Positions 17,071 through 26,580 are shown, numbered from the stretch's first letter. The stretch is DNA of 32,000 nucleotides from Thermodesulfobacteriota bacterium (GCA_028282925.1 JANQGV010000250.1:6917-38916); one strand, 5' to 3'. The notes: a model not told the origin generated them from the sequence alone. Program-made: numbers and translations.

Positions 17071-17568
17071 ATGATGAAACGCACGGCATATATGCTGTTG
17101 GTACTGAGTTGTTTGCTGATTGCAGGCCCGGCGGAACACGCCTCGGCCTCCAGCCTGGGGTGGGGAAAAAAGCTGCTTTTATACGCGCCCAATCGAATAC
17201 TTGATGTGCTCGACGTTGTGCGGGTCCGGGTCCGGCTGGGACCGGGCGGAGCCATAGGTGTACGGGCGACCCAGCCGGCCACGGTTTCCTACGGGATGTA
17301 CGAATCAATTTATGCGGGCTTGCCCGGACCGCGCAACGGCGAGAGCTTTAAACTGCCGGTTGGTATTGAATCCTACGACGGGTTACAGGTTTCGGTTGCC
17401 GACACCGCTGTCGACGGTTTTACCGGCCCCGATTACTCCTTTACCGAAATCGGGGTGAGCGTTTACGCGCTGTTTGTCGGGGCGGATGTGGGCGTTGATC
17501 CGATTCTCGAACTGGCCGATTTGGCTGCCGGGATACTTTTCTGGGATATGCGCGGCGACGATTTGTAG
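17071..17568 (+). CDS. exported hypothetical protein
   Basis: RBS AAGGAGctgtttgatATG. Signal peptide MMKRTAYMLLVLSCLLIAGPAEHASA. I recognise no family. Confidence 0.65.
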   Translation: MMKRTAYMLLVLSCLLIAGPAEHASASSLGWGKKLLLYAPNRILDVLDVVRVRVRLGPGGAIGVRATQPATVSYGMYESIYAGLPGPRNGESFKLPVGIESYDGLQVSVADTAVDGFTGPDYSFTEIGVSVYALFVGADVGVDPILELADLAAGILFWDMRGDDL

Positions 17569-17681
17569 GAGGCCGAAGGAGAATGCCCATCTGCTGTAGT
17601 TCGCCATTTGTGCCATACATTTCTGCTTGATCTGGATACGATGCTTGCTGCTTTACAAATAATAATAGGAATATTTGAGAT

Positions 17682-17717
17682 AAAAAAAGCGGAGTCGATT
17701 GCGACTCCGCTTTTTTT
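17682..17717. terminator. bidirectional rho-independent terminator
   Basis: AAAAAAA-GCGGAGTCG-attg-CGACTCCGC-TTTTTTT. Confidence 0.8.
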
Positions 17718-17822
17718 ATCTGTAAAAAGGAGATGAGGGGGCGTAGTCGGCATTATGGTGCTCTACATACAATAGAGGGTGTATGCTATGACCGAGCAGC
17801 TTTTGTATATAAGGAGAATGCC

Positions 17823-18455
17823 ATGAGGAAATTTACTTCAGGATTTCTTGGTGTTTTTATAGCGGCACTTATTGCCGTAGGAATCTCACATGGCAGTGTG
17901 GTAACCGAGAACGGACGGACCTTTCTGGTTGACCGGACCGGGGAACGCATGGAAATTACCCAGGCCGTATCTTTGGGATTTACACCCGAAAACTTTCAAT
18001 TCGGGATCGGCAAAAACACCATTACGCCCCTTGATGACAGCCATTTGACGGAAACCGCGGGTAATGAGCCGCCGGATATGCGGGTCCTGGCGATAACAGG
18101 GAAAAAGGATGCTAAGGCCTTTTCCGTATCGCGGCTCAGGCGGCATGAAATCGCCAACAGCAGCCTGGATTCACAGCCGGTTGCTGCGGCCTACTGACCT
18201 CTCGTTGATTTAGCGGCTGTGTACAGCCGCCGGATTGACGGAAAAACCCTGACTCTTGCCCCTTCCGGCTGGACCTATGACTATACATTTGTCCTGTACG
18301 ACAAGGAGACGGGGAGTTTGTGGTATCCGTATGAAAAAGGACTTATGGGAATCCAGGGGGTGTATTTCAAGCAGTGGCTCAAGGTGCTGCCGTCAGAGGA
18401 TACGGTATTGAAAAAGTGGCAAAAGAAACATCCTGATACGCAACTGCTTCGATGA
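17823..18455 (+). CDS. DUF3179-family protein read through an in-frame TGA (18195-18197): candidate selenoprotein, or a nonsense-disrupted gene
   Basis: RBS AAGGAGaatgccATG and an N-terminal signal/anchor. ORFs 17733..18197 and 18219..18455 share one frame. The joined sequence ...RVLAITGKKDAKAFSVSRLRRHEIANSSLDSQPVAAAY[TGA]PLVDLAAVYSRRIDGKTLTLAPSGWTYDYTFVLYDKETGSLWYP...WQKKHPDTQLL follows the DUF3179 pattern (..AYP...L..HE..N......V.vtYCPLC.....Y.R..dG....F..SG......vmYD.eT.SlW....G...W..W...HPdt.vL). Confidence 0.6.
18213..18230 (+). other. SECIS-compatible hairpin downstream of the in-frame UGA
   Basis: GCGGCUG-UGUA-CAGCCGC is a perfect 7-bp stem that starts 15 nt after the UGA. The loop starts 22 nt after the UGA and has G as its second nucleotide. 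Confidence 0.4.
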
Positions 18456-18547
18456 TGAACGATGTGTTTAAGGGTGCACGATGTGCAGTTTGTATGGTAC
18501 AATCCTGAATTGAGTTGAAAATGACCCTGTTGTAAAGAGCATTTGCC

Positions 18548-19327
18548 ATGTGCGTACTGTTTTTTGCCTATGACCGTCATCCCGAATATCGGCTTATCCT
18601 TGTCTCCAACCGGGATGAGTTTTATAACCGGCCCACCGCCCCGCTTGCATACCGGGGACCTGGAGGGGATCTGCTCTACGGGGAAGACCTGGAAGGGGGC
18701 GGGACCTGGCTTGGCGTGAGCAAAACCGGACGATTTGCAGCCATCACCAATTTCAGGGGCGCCTATGCCGCCGGGGGGTTTTCAACGCCATCGCGTGGTC
18801 TGCTGGCGAGCCGGGGCCTGTCAAGCGACATGCCGGTTTCTGAATATCTTGCAGCGGTGTGCCGGGATGCCCACCTGTACAACGGCTTCAGCCTGCTTGC
18901 CGGGGACTCTGCATCACTGTACTACTTTACCAACCAGCAACAGGAAGTCCAAAAACTGCAGGGCGGGGTGTACGGGCTCAGTAATCATGTTGTGGACACC
19001 CCCTGGCCCAAGGTTGTGTCGGGGAAGAAGCGTTTCAACGAGGTGATATGCTCCGGGGGAGCACTTGAAACCGAAGCCCTGTTCAGCCTGATGCGGGATA
19101 CTTCCCGTCCTCCCGACGGTGAGTTGCCGGATACCGGCGTAGGGCCTGAGTGGGAGAGGATTCTGGCCCCCATTTTTATCGAAAGCTCCATCTACGGTAC
19201 GAGAACAACATCACTTGTATTGATCCGGCACAGCGGCGAGGTGCGGTTTCTCGAGCGGACCCATGCCCGGGGGAGTGCTGAGCGGGAAGAGACGCGGGAG
19301 CTTGGTTTCCGGACAGCTTTGCCATGA
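18548..19327 (+). CDS. NRDE-family (TANGO2/DUF833-like) protein
   Basis: The N-terminus MCVLFFAY (Met-Cys start), LILVSNRDEFYNRPT (the NRDE motif), GGTWLGVSKTGRFAAITNFR. Confidence 0.8.
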   Translation: MCVLFFAYDRHPEYRLILVSNRDEFYNRPTAPLAYRGPGGDLLYGEDLEGGGTWLGVSKTGRFAAITNFRGAYAAGGFSTPSRGLLASRGLSSDMPVSEYLAAVCRDAHLYNGFSLLAGDSASLYYFTNQQQEVQKLQGGVYGLSNHVVDTPWPKVVSGKKRFNEVICSGGALETEALFSLMRDTSRPPDGELPDTGVGPEWERILAPIFIESSIYGTRTTSLVLIRHSGEVRFLERTHARGSAEREETRELGFRTALP

Positions 19328-20172
19328 ACGAAAAACAGCGCAGTCTGATGGGGCTGCACCTTTCAGTTATCCTTTTCGGGGGAACAGCCCTTTTTGCCAA
19401 ACTGATACCGCTGCCGGCGGTAGACATTACCGCCATCCGCAGCTTTATCGCAGCAGGTGCGCTGTTTGTGCTGTTGCAGGCAACCGGAAAGCCGGTTCTG
19501 CTGGCCGGTGCAGGGCACTACTGCCTGATGTTGCTGCAGGGGTTGATTATGGGCCTGCACTGGATAACGTTCTTTCATTCCATGCAGGTTTCAAGCGTTG
19601 CCGTAGGCATGATTTCCCTGTATACCTATCCGATCATGACGGTTTTCATGGAACCTCTCTGGAAAGGACAGCGGCCGCATTCAGCCGATATGCTGTGCGG
19701 CGGCCTGGTGCTTGCCGGGGTCTGCCTGATGGTGCCCGATTTTTCTCTCAGTAATAATATTACCCAGGGGATCTGCTGGGGAGTGCTTTCGGCGTTCCTG
19801 TTCGCCCTGCGTAATGTGCTGCAGCGCCATTACCTGTCCCGTTACCGTGGGGATACCTCCATGTTTTATCAAACCCTTGTGGCCGGTCTTACCACCGTCT
19901 GGTTCCTCACGCCTGCCGCCGCATCAATCACCACGCCCACCTGGGTAAAAATCATCGTGCTGGCCCTCTGTTTTACCGCAGTGCCCCATAGCCTGTTTGC
20001 CGGCAGCCTGCGCCGGCTTAAGGCTAAATCGGCCGGGCTGATCGCCTGCCTGCAACCGGTATACGGTACTGTTTTTGCGCTGGCGGTGCTGCAGGAAGTG
20101 CCGGAGGGGATGACCGTTCTGGGGGGCGTGATTATTGTGTGTGCGGCGGCGGTGGAATCTTACCGGGCCTGA
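19324..20172 (+). CDS. DMT-superfamily (EamA-like) transporter
   Basis: Ten hydrophobic segments in a two-halves arrangement. The start overlaps the upstream stop (ATGA), which suggests translational coupling with the NRDE gene. Confidence 0.75.
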   Translation: MNEKQRSLMGLHLSVILFGGTALFAKLIPLPAVDITAIRSFIAAGALFVLLQATGKPVLLAGAGHYCLMLLQGLIMGLHWITFFHSMQVSSVAVGMISLYTYPIMTVFMEPLWKGQRPHSADMLCGGLVLAGVCLMVPDFSLSNNITQGICWGVLSAFLFALRNVLQRHYLSRYRGDTSMFYQTLVAGLTTVWFLTPAAASITTPTWVKIIVLALCFTAVPHSLFAGSLRRLKAKSAGLIACLQPVYGTVFALAVLQEVPEGMTVLGGVIIVCAAAVESYRA

Positions 20173-20442
20173 CAGGAGACTGCCGGAAACGTCCAACAAG
20201 CTTGCGTTGCACTCCCTCTTCGTAACCAAAGTACGCCTCATTTCTCAGGGTATCGTGCGCCTTGTATCTGAACATTTCCCAGCATCCCTCATTTTAAGAG
20301 TGTTTTTTGATAGGTTCAGGCATCCTTTCATATTTTTTTAAGGAAGTATTATATGTTTGATTGAAACCCGGGTCTTAATGGGCTATACACATAAATCAGA
20401 TCATGGCGGTATGTTTTCATCATTGCATGGGGGAGATTACGT

Positions 20443-23400
20443 ATGGGAACACAAATGGTTTTTTTTAAGGCAATCCGCAGTATTGCAGTAATTGCGACCA
20501 TCTGTTTCATCTGTATCCCGGCCGGGGCCTATGACGCCGTAGAGGACAAGCCTGATCCGTGGCCTCACAAGGGAAGGGTGTTCCCTTTACAGACGGAGGC
20601 CGATGGTGAAACCGTCTGGCATGTTGATGTTGATTCGGGGTGTTCCTACAGCGACCACACGATCAACCTCACCATCGACGCCGACCCGGAAGATATTAAG
20701 GACCCTAAAATTAAGCTGACAAACTTTGACGTTGATTATAACGATTCACAGGATTGTGCCGGGGGGCCCGAGGTGGACAGTCTGTACGTGAACGGCAATT
20801 ATATCGGGCAGCTCAAAGGGGCCAACGATTCCTGGAGTATCAATACCTTTGATCTCCTGCCCAGCTATCTCGACAACGGCACCAATGAAATTTTTATCGA
20901 TACCGATGCCACGGGCACGGGATGCTGGTGCCTGGGGGTGGGGTATGTTGAAATATCAAGCAAGGTCGGTTTTACGGTTACGGCCTTTACGCCCTCGGAC
21001 GGACGCAAGAATGTGCATTACGACCTGCCCAATATTACCGTTACTTTCAGCGATGATATAGATACGTTGACCCTGGACGACAATATTCTGGTTGAGTACC
21101 GTGATAAAAACGGCAACTGGGTCGAACACGATACCGGCCCCCTGTCGCTTTCTTCCAAGCGGGTAAAAATTGTACCCATGAGCGACCTTAAAGACGGTGT
21201 CCGCTACCGGGTGACGGTCAAGACGGGGGTGCTCAACAAAGACGGCAAAGAACTCGACAAGGAGTATACCTGGTATTTCTGGACTATGGTCAACCTGAGC
21301 GGGCAGACCCAGACGCTGTACAAACCCAATACCACCAAAGACAAACTGCAGATTACGTGGTTCAACACCGTCCGGAACGAAAAACTGGTGCCCCGCAAGC
21401 GGGTGGTCAACCGTATTTATGTGCTCTGGGACCCCAAAGAGGATGTGTTTGATGCCGACGAGGTGACCGAATTCGATGCCAAGGTAACCCTCAAAGTTAT
21501 CTCCAGCGGCACAACCCAGACGAAAAACGTTACCATCAAGCGTCCGGATACATACAGCGATAATGAAAAACGTAATGCCGACAACACCATCAACTTCAAG
21601 CGGCGGGGCAGCAGGCGCAATGAGCAGTACACCCTGGAAGTGGAGCCTTCGCAGCAATATCCCCTGCCGGCCCTGAATTTTACAAAATCTGCAACGGCCG
21701 AGGTGAATGCCACCCACTCCAACCTGATATTCAATGCCTATGGCTGCGAAATGGCCGGATGGTACAATGGTGTTCCGGCGGCGGAGCTGCGGGCCGCCAA
21801 AAACGAGCTGATCAGGGGGTGCCAGTATACAAGGAAGGTTTTCCCGGTGCTGGGTTGTATTTTCAACGACCGGGGTACGATACTTAAGGGCAGCACCGGC
21901 TTTAATATGGAATACACCGAGACAAAGGCCGACAGCTACGGGGATATTGTTCGGTGGATCAGAAGCCCTCCCCGGGCAGGGGGTACCGAGCGTCCGGAAT
22001 GGGAGCATGTTATGCTGCACCTGGCGTCCCTGATTCCCGACGGTCACCGCTTTGTGGCCGGGCTTACCCCGGGTGACGTCATACCTAATACCAACGGTGT
22101 ACGCTGGATTCATGTCATTCTGCTCATGAACGGTAATTTTAATGCCAGCACCGTTGCCCACGAGATCGGACATGAGTTCGGGTTGGCGACCACCACCGGT
22201 GCCGGCTGTACCGCGAGTCATGTAAACGACCCTGATGCGATTGAAGGTTTCAGCGTATACGACAACCACAATAAATCCTACGTTGAGGGCAACACCGCAC
22301 GGGCCAAGGTTACACACGAAAAGTGTAACGATGCGGCTTATGCCGACAAAACGCCGGTTATCCCGCTGATGAACAAATGGGGGGTCGACACCAACCTGCG
22401 GTGGATACGTCCCGAGAACTACAAGCACCTGCTGACGGCCCTGCCGGCCGCCGCATCCATGCAGGCAGTGGCCTCTGAGAATGCCTATATGATGGTACTG
22501 GGTTCCACCGACACATCGGGCAATGTTGCCTCAGTGCTCCCCATCTATGCCGTTACCCGGGAACGCTTCGGCGCACCGTCGGGCAGCGGTTATACGTTAA
22601 CGGTGTATGACGACAATTATGGAAACGGTGATGTTCTGGCCACCTATGAGTTCGGGCTTGAGGAAATCGAGCGCCAGCCGACTTTCGGGCCGGATGTAAC
22701 AGGCACCAGCAATTTATTCGCCCTGAGTATTCCCTATGACGATGATGCCCGCAGCATCGAAATAACCGGCAACAATACCCTGACCATCAGCAGTATCGAT
22801 TTCGGGCCCGAGGCGCCTGAAGTGGAAATAGATTCACCCAGCGACGGTGATGTGCTCAGCGGCACCGTTACAGTGAGCTGGACCGGTTCCGATGACAACG
22901 GCACAACCTACTACCGGCTGGAGCACAGTGTCGACGGCACATCGTGGACGCCACTTACCGGCGAGATGATCGATGCCGCCTCGGTTACCCTGGATACCAC
23001 CCTGCTGCCTTCCGGTACGGATCAACGGCTGGGACTGATCGCCTACGACGGCTTTCATACCACCCGGGCGGAAGTGAGTGTTGATATCAGCAACGTTGCC
23101 ACGGTAAAGGCGACGGTTCCCTATGATGGTGAAGCGGACGTAAGTGAAGGACAGATTATCACCGTCTATTTCATGAGTGAGATGGACAACAACTCCATCA
23201 ATGCCGAAACATTCACGTTGCAGGGCTCAAGCGGTTACTCTTCAAGCCTGATCGCGGGAGAGGTGTATTACGACAATGCCAGCCGGAGTGCCACGTTCTC
23301 ACCCTCCGGCTCTCTTTCGTCCAACAGTACGTATTACGCCCGGCTGGACGGCGTCCGCGATATCGATAACAACACCCTTTCTTTTGCCTACAACTGGAGC

Positions 23401-24900
23401 TTTACGACCGGAGCGGCGGAGCGCAACCCCCAGATTGTCGACCTGTTCCCGGAGGAAGGCACCACCGATGCACCCCTGAACCCGGTTGCCGGAGCCGTGT
23501 TCAGCCGGCCCCTGGATCCGGCCACGGTGGACAACAGCACCATCCGGCTCAAGGACAGTGACAACAACACGGTTAACGGCTCGGCGTCCTACAATCAGAA
23601 TACCCAGAGCGTTACCTTCAGTCCGGCGTCACCACTTGAGCCCGGCAGCACCTACACAGCACATATTTCCACGGGTATTACCGGTGCCGACGGCCTGCCC
23701 CTTGAAAATGCCGTGAGCTGGTCGTTTACCACCGGCTCCGGCACGATTACCGGCGTCAGAATTACCGGTGTCAGCTACGACCAGGCCGAGGATACCGATA
23801 GTGACGGCCTGTATGATGTGCTGCACGTACAGGTCCGGGTGGAAGTAGTTACTCCCGGCAGCTATAACCTGAACGGTCAGTTGCGGGACAGCGGGGAGGA
23901 GGACATTGCTTGGACATCGGCCACGGGGAGCTTTTCAGAACCGGGGGGCTATACCCTGGAACTCGATTTCAAGGGCTCTGATATAGGGTCCCACGGTATT
24001 GACGGCCCGTATCAGGTAGCCAACCTCTATATCTACAATCAGTCGGATTTAACGGTTTTTCACGCCTACCAGAACTATGAGACCCAGGAGTATGATGCCG
24101 ATGATTTCTATACGGTCATCAGACTGGTGTCTGTGCCCGATATTGCCGTTGCGGCTGAATCCTCCAACGACGACCTGATCAGCCTGTACGATTATATTAC
24201 GCATATATCCTATGACGTTTCCGATTTAACCTACCGTATCCTGATCGACAGTAATCCCGATGCCGGAGTTACGCTCGATGAAAACAACGCCCTTGACGTT
24301 AATCCGGTTGAAGGATTTTCGGGTTTCAGCGATATTACCATTGAGGCGAAGGACAGTGACGGGTTCAGGGCCCTGGATACCATCCGGATCAGTGTGCTGG
24401 AAAGTTACCGGTTCAGCCGTATGGGAAATTTTCTTATTTCGCTGCCGATCCAGCCTGCAGACACTTCCATTGCAAAAGTACTGGCACCGCTCGATGGTTT
24501 TTACAGCAGTGTTCTGACCCTGGAACAGGGACGTTTTGTGCGGTATACTCCCAATGCTCCCGATGCCGGCACGCTGCAGACAATGGAACCGGGCAAAGGA
24601 TATATTATCCGCATAACCCAGCCGGCAGACCTGTATGTAATCGGCACCCCGGTCATGGAAGATACTGTTGAGCTTGTGACGGGGTGGAACCTGGTCGGGC
24701 TTACGTCAACCAACAGCCTGCCCGTAACCGATGCGCTTGAATCCGTTGACGGCGCATATACCGCAGTCCGCTCGGTAAGCGGTGAGGGCTGGCAGTTCTA
24801 TAATCCGGCGTTATCGTTTCTGAGCAATTTGACGACTTTCGTACCCGGCTACGGGTACTGGATCAGGGCCGTCATGGATACAACCTGGACTTTGCCCTAG
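20443..24900 (+). CDS. 1485-aa secreted multidomain protein with an HExxH metalloprotease-like core and multiple Ig-like (SbsA-type) domains
   Basis: RBS GGGGGAGattacgtATG. Signal peptide ending in AGA-YD. HEIGHEFGLAT begins at H573 (HEIGH at nt 22159-22173). There are repeated Ig-like units (VTAFTPSDGRKNV..., VKATVPYDGEADV..., IVDLFPEEGTTDAPL..., each ending in W.F.T). A C-terminal beta-rich module carries GWNLVGL and PGYGYWIR. Confidence 0.85.
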   Translation: MGTQMVFFKAIRSIAVIATICFICIPAGAYDAVEDKPDPWPHKGRVFPLQTEADGETVWHVDVDSGCSYSDHTINLTIDADPEDIKDPKIKLTNFDVDYNDSQDCAGGPEVDSLYVNGNYIGQLKGANDSWSINTFDLLPSYLDNGTNEIFIDTDATGTGCWCLGVGYVEISSKVGFTVTAFTPSDGRKNVHYDLPNITVTFSDDIDTLTLDDNILVEYRDKNGNWVEHDTGPLSLSSKRVKIVPMSDLKDGVRYRVTVKTGVLNKDGKELDKEYTWYFWTMVNLSGQTQTLYKPNTTKDKLQITWFNTVRNEKLVPRKRVVNRIYVLWDPKEDVFDADEVTEFDAKVTLKVISSGTTQTKNVTIKRPDTYSDNEKRNADNTINFKRRGSRRNEQYTLEVEPSQQYPLPALNFTKSATAEVNATHSNLIFNAYGCEMAGWYNGVPAAELRAAKNELIRGCQYTRKVFPVLGCIFNDRGTILKGSTGFNMEYTETKADSYGDIVRWIRSPPRAGGTERPEWEHVMLHLASLIPDGHRFVAGLTPGDVIPNTNGVRWIHVILLMNGNFNASTVAHEIGHEFGLATTTGAGCTASHVNDPDAIEGFSVYDNHNKSYVEGNTARAKVTHEKCNDAAYADKTPVIPLMNKWGVDTNLRWIRPENYKHLLTALPAAASMQAVASENAYMMVLGSTDTSGNVASVLPIYAVTRERFGAPSGSGYTLTVYDDNYGNGDVLATYEFGLEEIERQPTFGPDVTGTSNLFALSIPYDDDARSIEITGNNTLTISSIDFGPEAPEVEIDSPSDGDVLSGTVTVSWTGSDDNGTTYYRLEHSVDGTSWTPLTGEMIDAASVTLDTTLLPSGTDQRLGLIAYDGFHTTRAEVSVDISNVATVKATVPYDGEADVSEGQIITVYFMSEMDNNSINAETFTLQGSSGYSSSLIAGEVYYDNASRSATFSPSGSLSSNSTYYARLDGVRDIDNNTLSFAYNWSFTTGAAERNPQIVDLFPEEGTTDAPLNPVAGAVFSRPLDPATVDNSTIRLKDSDNNTVNGSASYNQNTQSVTFSPASPLEPGSTYTAHISTGITGADGLPLENAVSWSFTTGSGTITGVRITGVSYDQAEDTDSDGLYDVLHVQVRVEVVTPGSYNLNGQLRDSGEEDIAWTSATGSFSEPGGYTLELDFKGSDIGSHGIDGPYQVANLYIYNQSDLTVFHAYQNYETQEYDADDFYTVIRLVSVPDIAVAAESSNDDLISLYDYITHISYDVSDLTYRILIDSNPDAGVTLDENNALDVNPVEGFSGFSDITIEAKDSDGFRALDTIRISVLESYRFSRMGNFLISLPIQPADTSIAKVLAPLDGFYSSVLTLEQGRFVRYTPNAPDAGTLQTMEPGKGYIIRITQPADLYVIGTPVMEDTVELVTGWNLVGLTSTNSLPVTDALESVDGAYTAVRSVSGEGWQFYNPALSFLSNLTTFVPGYGYWIRAVMDTTWTLP

Positions 24901-25078
24901 GCCCAAAACAAGCGAAGAATTCTGCTGCGGGTGCCGAACTACCCGAATCTACAGGCTGTACTCCCTCCAGCCTCATCAACGTACAGATGAGTACGTCTCT
25001 TCGGCTTCCGGTCCGTGCAGCCTGTATCTCCGGGCATTGCAGCACCCTCGCTACGAATCCTTGCTTGATTTAGGCCTA
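24898..25078. mobile_element. MITE-like element, family B, copy 2, flanked by TA and inserted in the stop codon of the 1485-aa gene
   Basis: Ends are TA|GGCCCAAAACAAGCGAAGAATTCTGCTGCGGGTG... and ...CACCCTCGCTACGAATCCTTGCTTGATTTAGGCC|TA. It is the same family and orientation as 1226..1356, but carries about 50 extra internal nt (about 24970-25020). Confidence 0.75.
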
Positions 25079-25101
25079 GACAGGGATTTTTTGTGAGACG
25101 G

Positions 25102-25137
25102 AAGCGGCTGTGCACTATGATGCACAGCCGCTTTTTT
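25102..25137 (+). terminator. rho-independent terminator
   Basis: AAGCGGCTGTGCA-ctatga-TGCACAGCCGCTT followed by TTTTTT. Confidence 0.85.
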
Positions 25138-25222
25138 GCATTGGCATGTATTTGAAAAAACATCGATAGTATGCTTTAATACATGAAATTTATTGATCTG
25201 AACATACGTACAGGAGATACAT

Positions 25223-26185
25223 ATGAGCACTGCAATCAACACTGTAACCGGAACAATTACCCCGGATGAACTCGGCCGGACCCTGATGCACGAGCATGTA
25301 TATGTTGAATACGGCGGGGCATTCAATGATACCCGCGACCTTGGTCCCCGTCGGAATGATATTATGGCAATCTGTGCCGACTCTGTCGACCAGATCAAGG
25401 CATATGATGTCAGGACCGTGGTCGACCCAACCCCAACCGATCTGGGCCGCAGGGCTCCCCTGATGGCCGATCTGGCAGCGAAAACCGGCCTGAATATCAT
25501 CTGCTGCACCGGCCTGTACAGCGTGGGTACCTATCTGCAGGTACGGGAACAGGTGGGCGGCCCGGAGGCTGTTGCCGATATATTCATACAGGAGCTAACA
25601 GAAGGTATCGGCCAAACCGGCGTCAAGGCCGGTATCATCAAAGTTGTTACCGGCGCACCGGCCATCAGCGATGCCGAGCGGGAACTGCTGCAGGTTTCCG
25701 CAAAGGCCTCGGTGGCATCAGGGGCTCCGATCATTACCCACACCGAGGGCATCCTGGGGCAGGAACAGCAGGACATTCTGCATGCAGCCGGTGTGCCCCT
25801 GCACAATATTATTGTGGGCCACAGCTGCATTTCCACCAATTTCAACTACCATATGCACATGATACGTGCCGGGTCGTACCTGGGTTTCGACCGTTTCGGC
25901 ATGGAGGGCGGTATGCCCGACGAGGTCCGTGTGCACTCTTTGATCAAGCTGCTTGAAGCAGGCTGTGCTGAACGGATGATGGTTTCCCACGATTCGGTCT
26001 GGTACTGGGTGGGCGGGCCCAGCCTGGGTTCCGGCGGCTATCAGAACTGGAAGCCCACAAACTTCTTCGAGCGCATTATCCCCATGCTTCAATACGGCGG
26101 CGTAACCGACGAGCAGATCGAAACCATGCTGGTCGACAACCCCCGTAGATTTTTTACGGGTGAGGAACCGGAAGCGATTAGTTAG
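25223..26185 (+). CDS. phosphotriesterase-family (PTER/Php-like) metal-dependent hydrolase
   Basis: RBS AGGAGatacatATG. The N-terminus GTITPDELGRTLMHEHVYV (HxH metal ligands), then IKV..., ITHTE and VGHS..., in the order expected for PF02126-type amidohydrolases. Confidence 0.8.
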   Translation: MSTAINTVTGTITPDELGRTLMHEHVYVEYGGAFNDTRDLGPRRNDIMAICADSVDQIKAYDVRTVVDPTPTDLGRRAPLMADLAAKTGLNIICCTGLYSVGTYLQVREQVGGPEAVADIFIQELTEGIGQTGVKAGIIKVVTGAPAISDAERELLQVSAKASVASGAPIITHTEGILGQEQQDILHAAGVPLHNIIVGHSCISTNFNYHMHMIRAGSYLGFDRFGMEGGMPDEVRVHSLIKLLEAGCAERMMVSHDSVWYWVGGPSLGSGGYQNWKPTNFFERIIPMLQYGGVTDEQIETMLVDNPRRFFTGEEPEAIS

Positions 26186-26580
26186 GGAGGGTGCAAAAGA
26201 TACAAGTTCGCTCAGTTTCTACGGTCAAGGGCCGGGCAGACTCCGAGTCCTACGAGAACCAGGCTTTCGGTTGCCGCCGGGACAAGCTGAGAAAGACAGG
26301 CACAATAGAAGATCGCAATGCTAGGATTTGACTCCTTGGACAGGGTGCCTTGATAACATCTCCTTTTTGCAGATATATTATTGCGTTACGGCTCATTTGG
26401 GGTTAAAGTTTTATAAGAACGGTGCGATAACTATGTCTGATTAAGGAGATACTGTAAAGATGTATGTGTGGACGTAAAGAGTTGTGACCTTTGGTTTCCC
26501 AGGCTCGTGGGCTGATCTCAAAATCCCCTATATGAGTGATGGGGCAATGTACTACGCGTATATTCTGAAAGGAGGCTCTG

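Noticed and set aside
16838-17308. A 156-aa minus-strand ORF spanning the MCP terminator and the start of the 17071 gene.
   Set aside because: It crosses a rho-independent terminator and is antisense to an RBS-supported signal-peptide gene. The product is Pro/Arg-rich, which is typical of a shadow ORF.
17733-17822. The upstream extension of the DUF3179 ORF (MRGRSRHYG...).
   Set aside because: The ATG at 17823 has an AAGGAG RBS and starts directly with a signal/anchor sequence. The extension overlaps the terminator region and has no support.
20956-22428. A 490-aa ORF on the minus strand inside the giant gene.
   Set aside because: It is fully antisense to a well-supported 1485-aa CDS. The product is G/V/P/R-rich and low in complexity, and there is no RBS. 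This is a typical shadow ORF.
26290-26345. A tRNA-like T-arm on the minus strand (AGGAGTCAAATCCT), considered as a possible tRNA fragment or att remnant.
   Set aside because: The stem is only 4 bp with a 6-nt loop. I could not build an acceptor stem, anticodon arm or CCA context.
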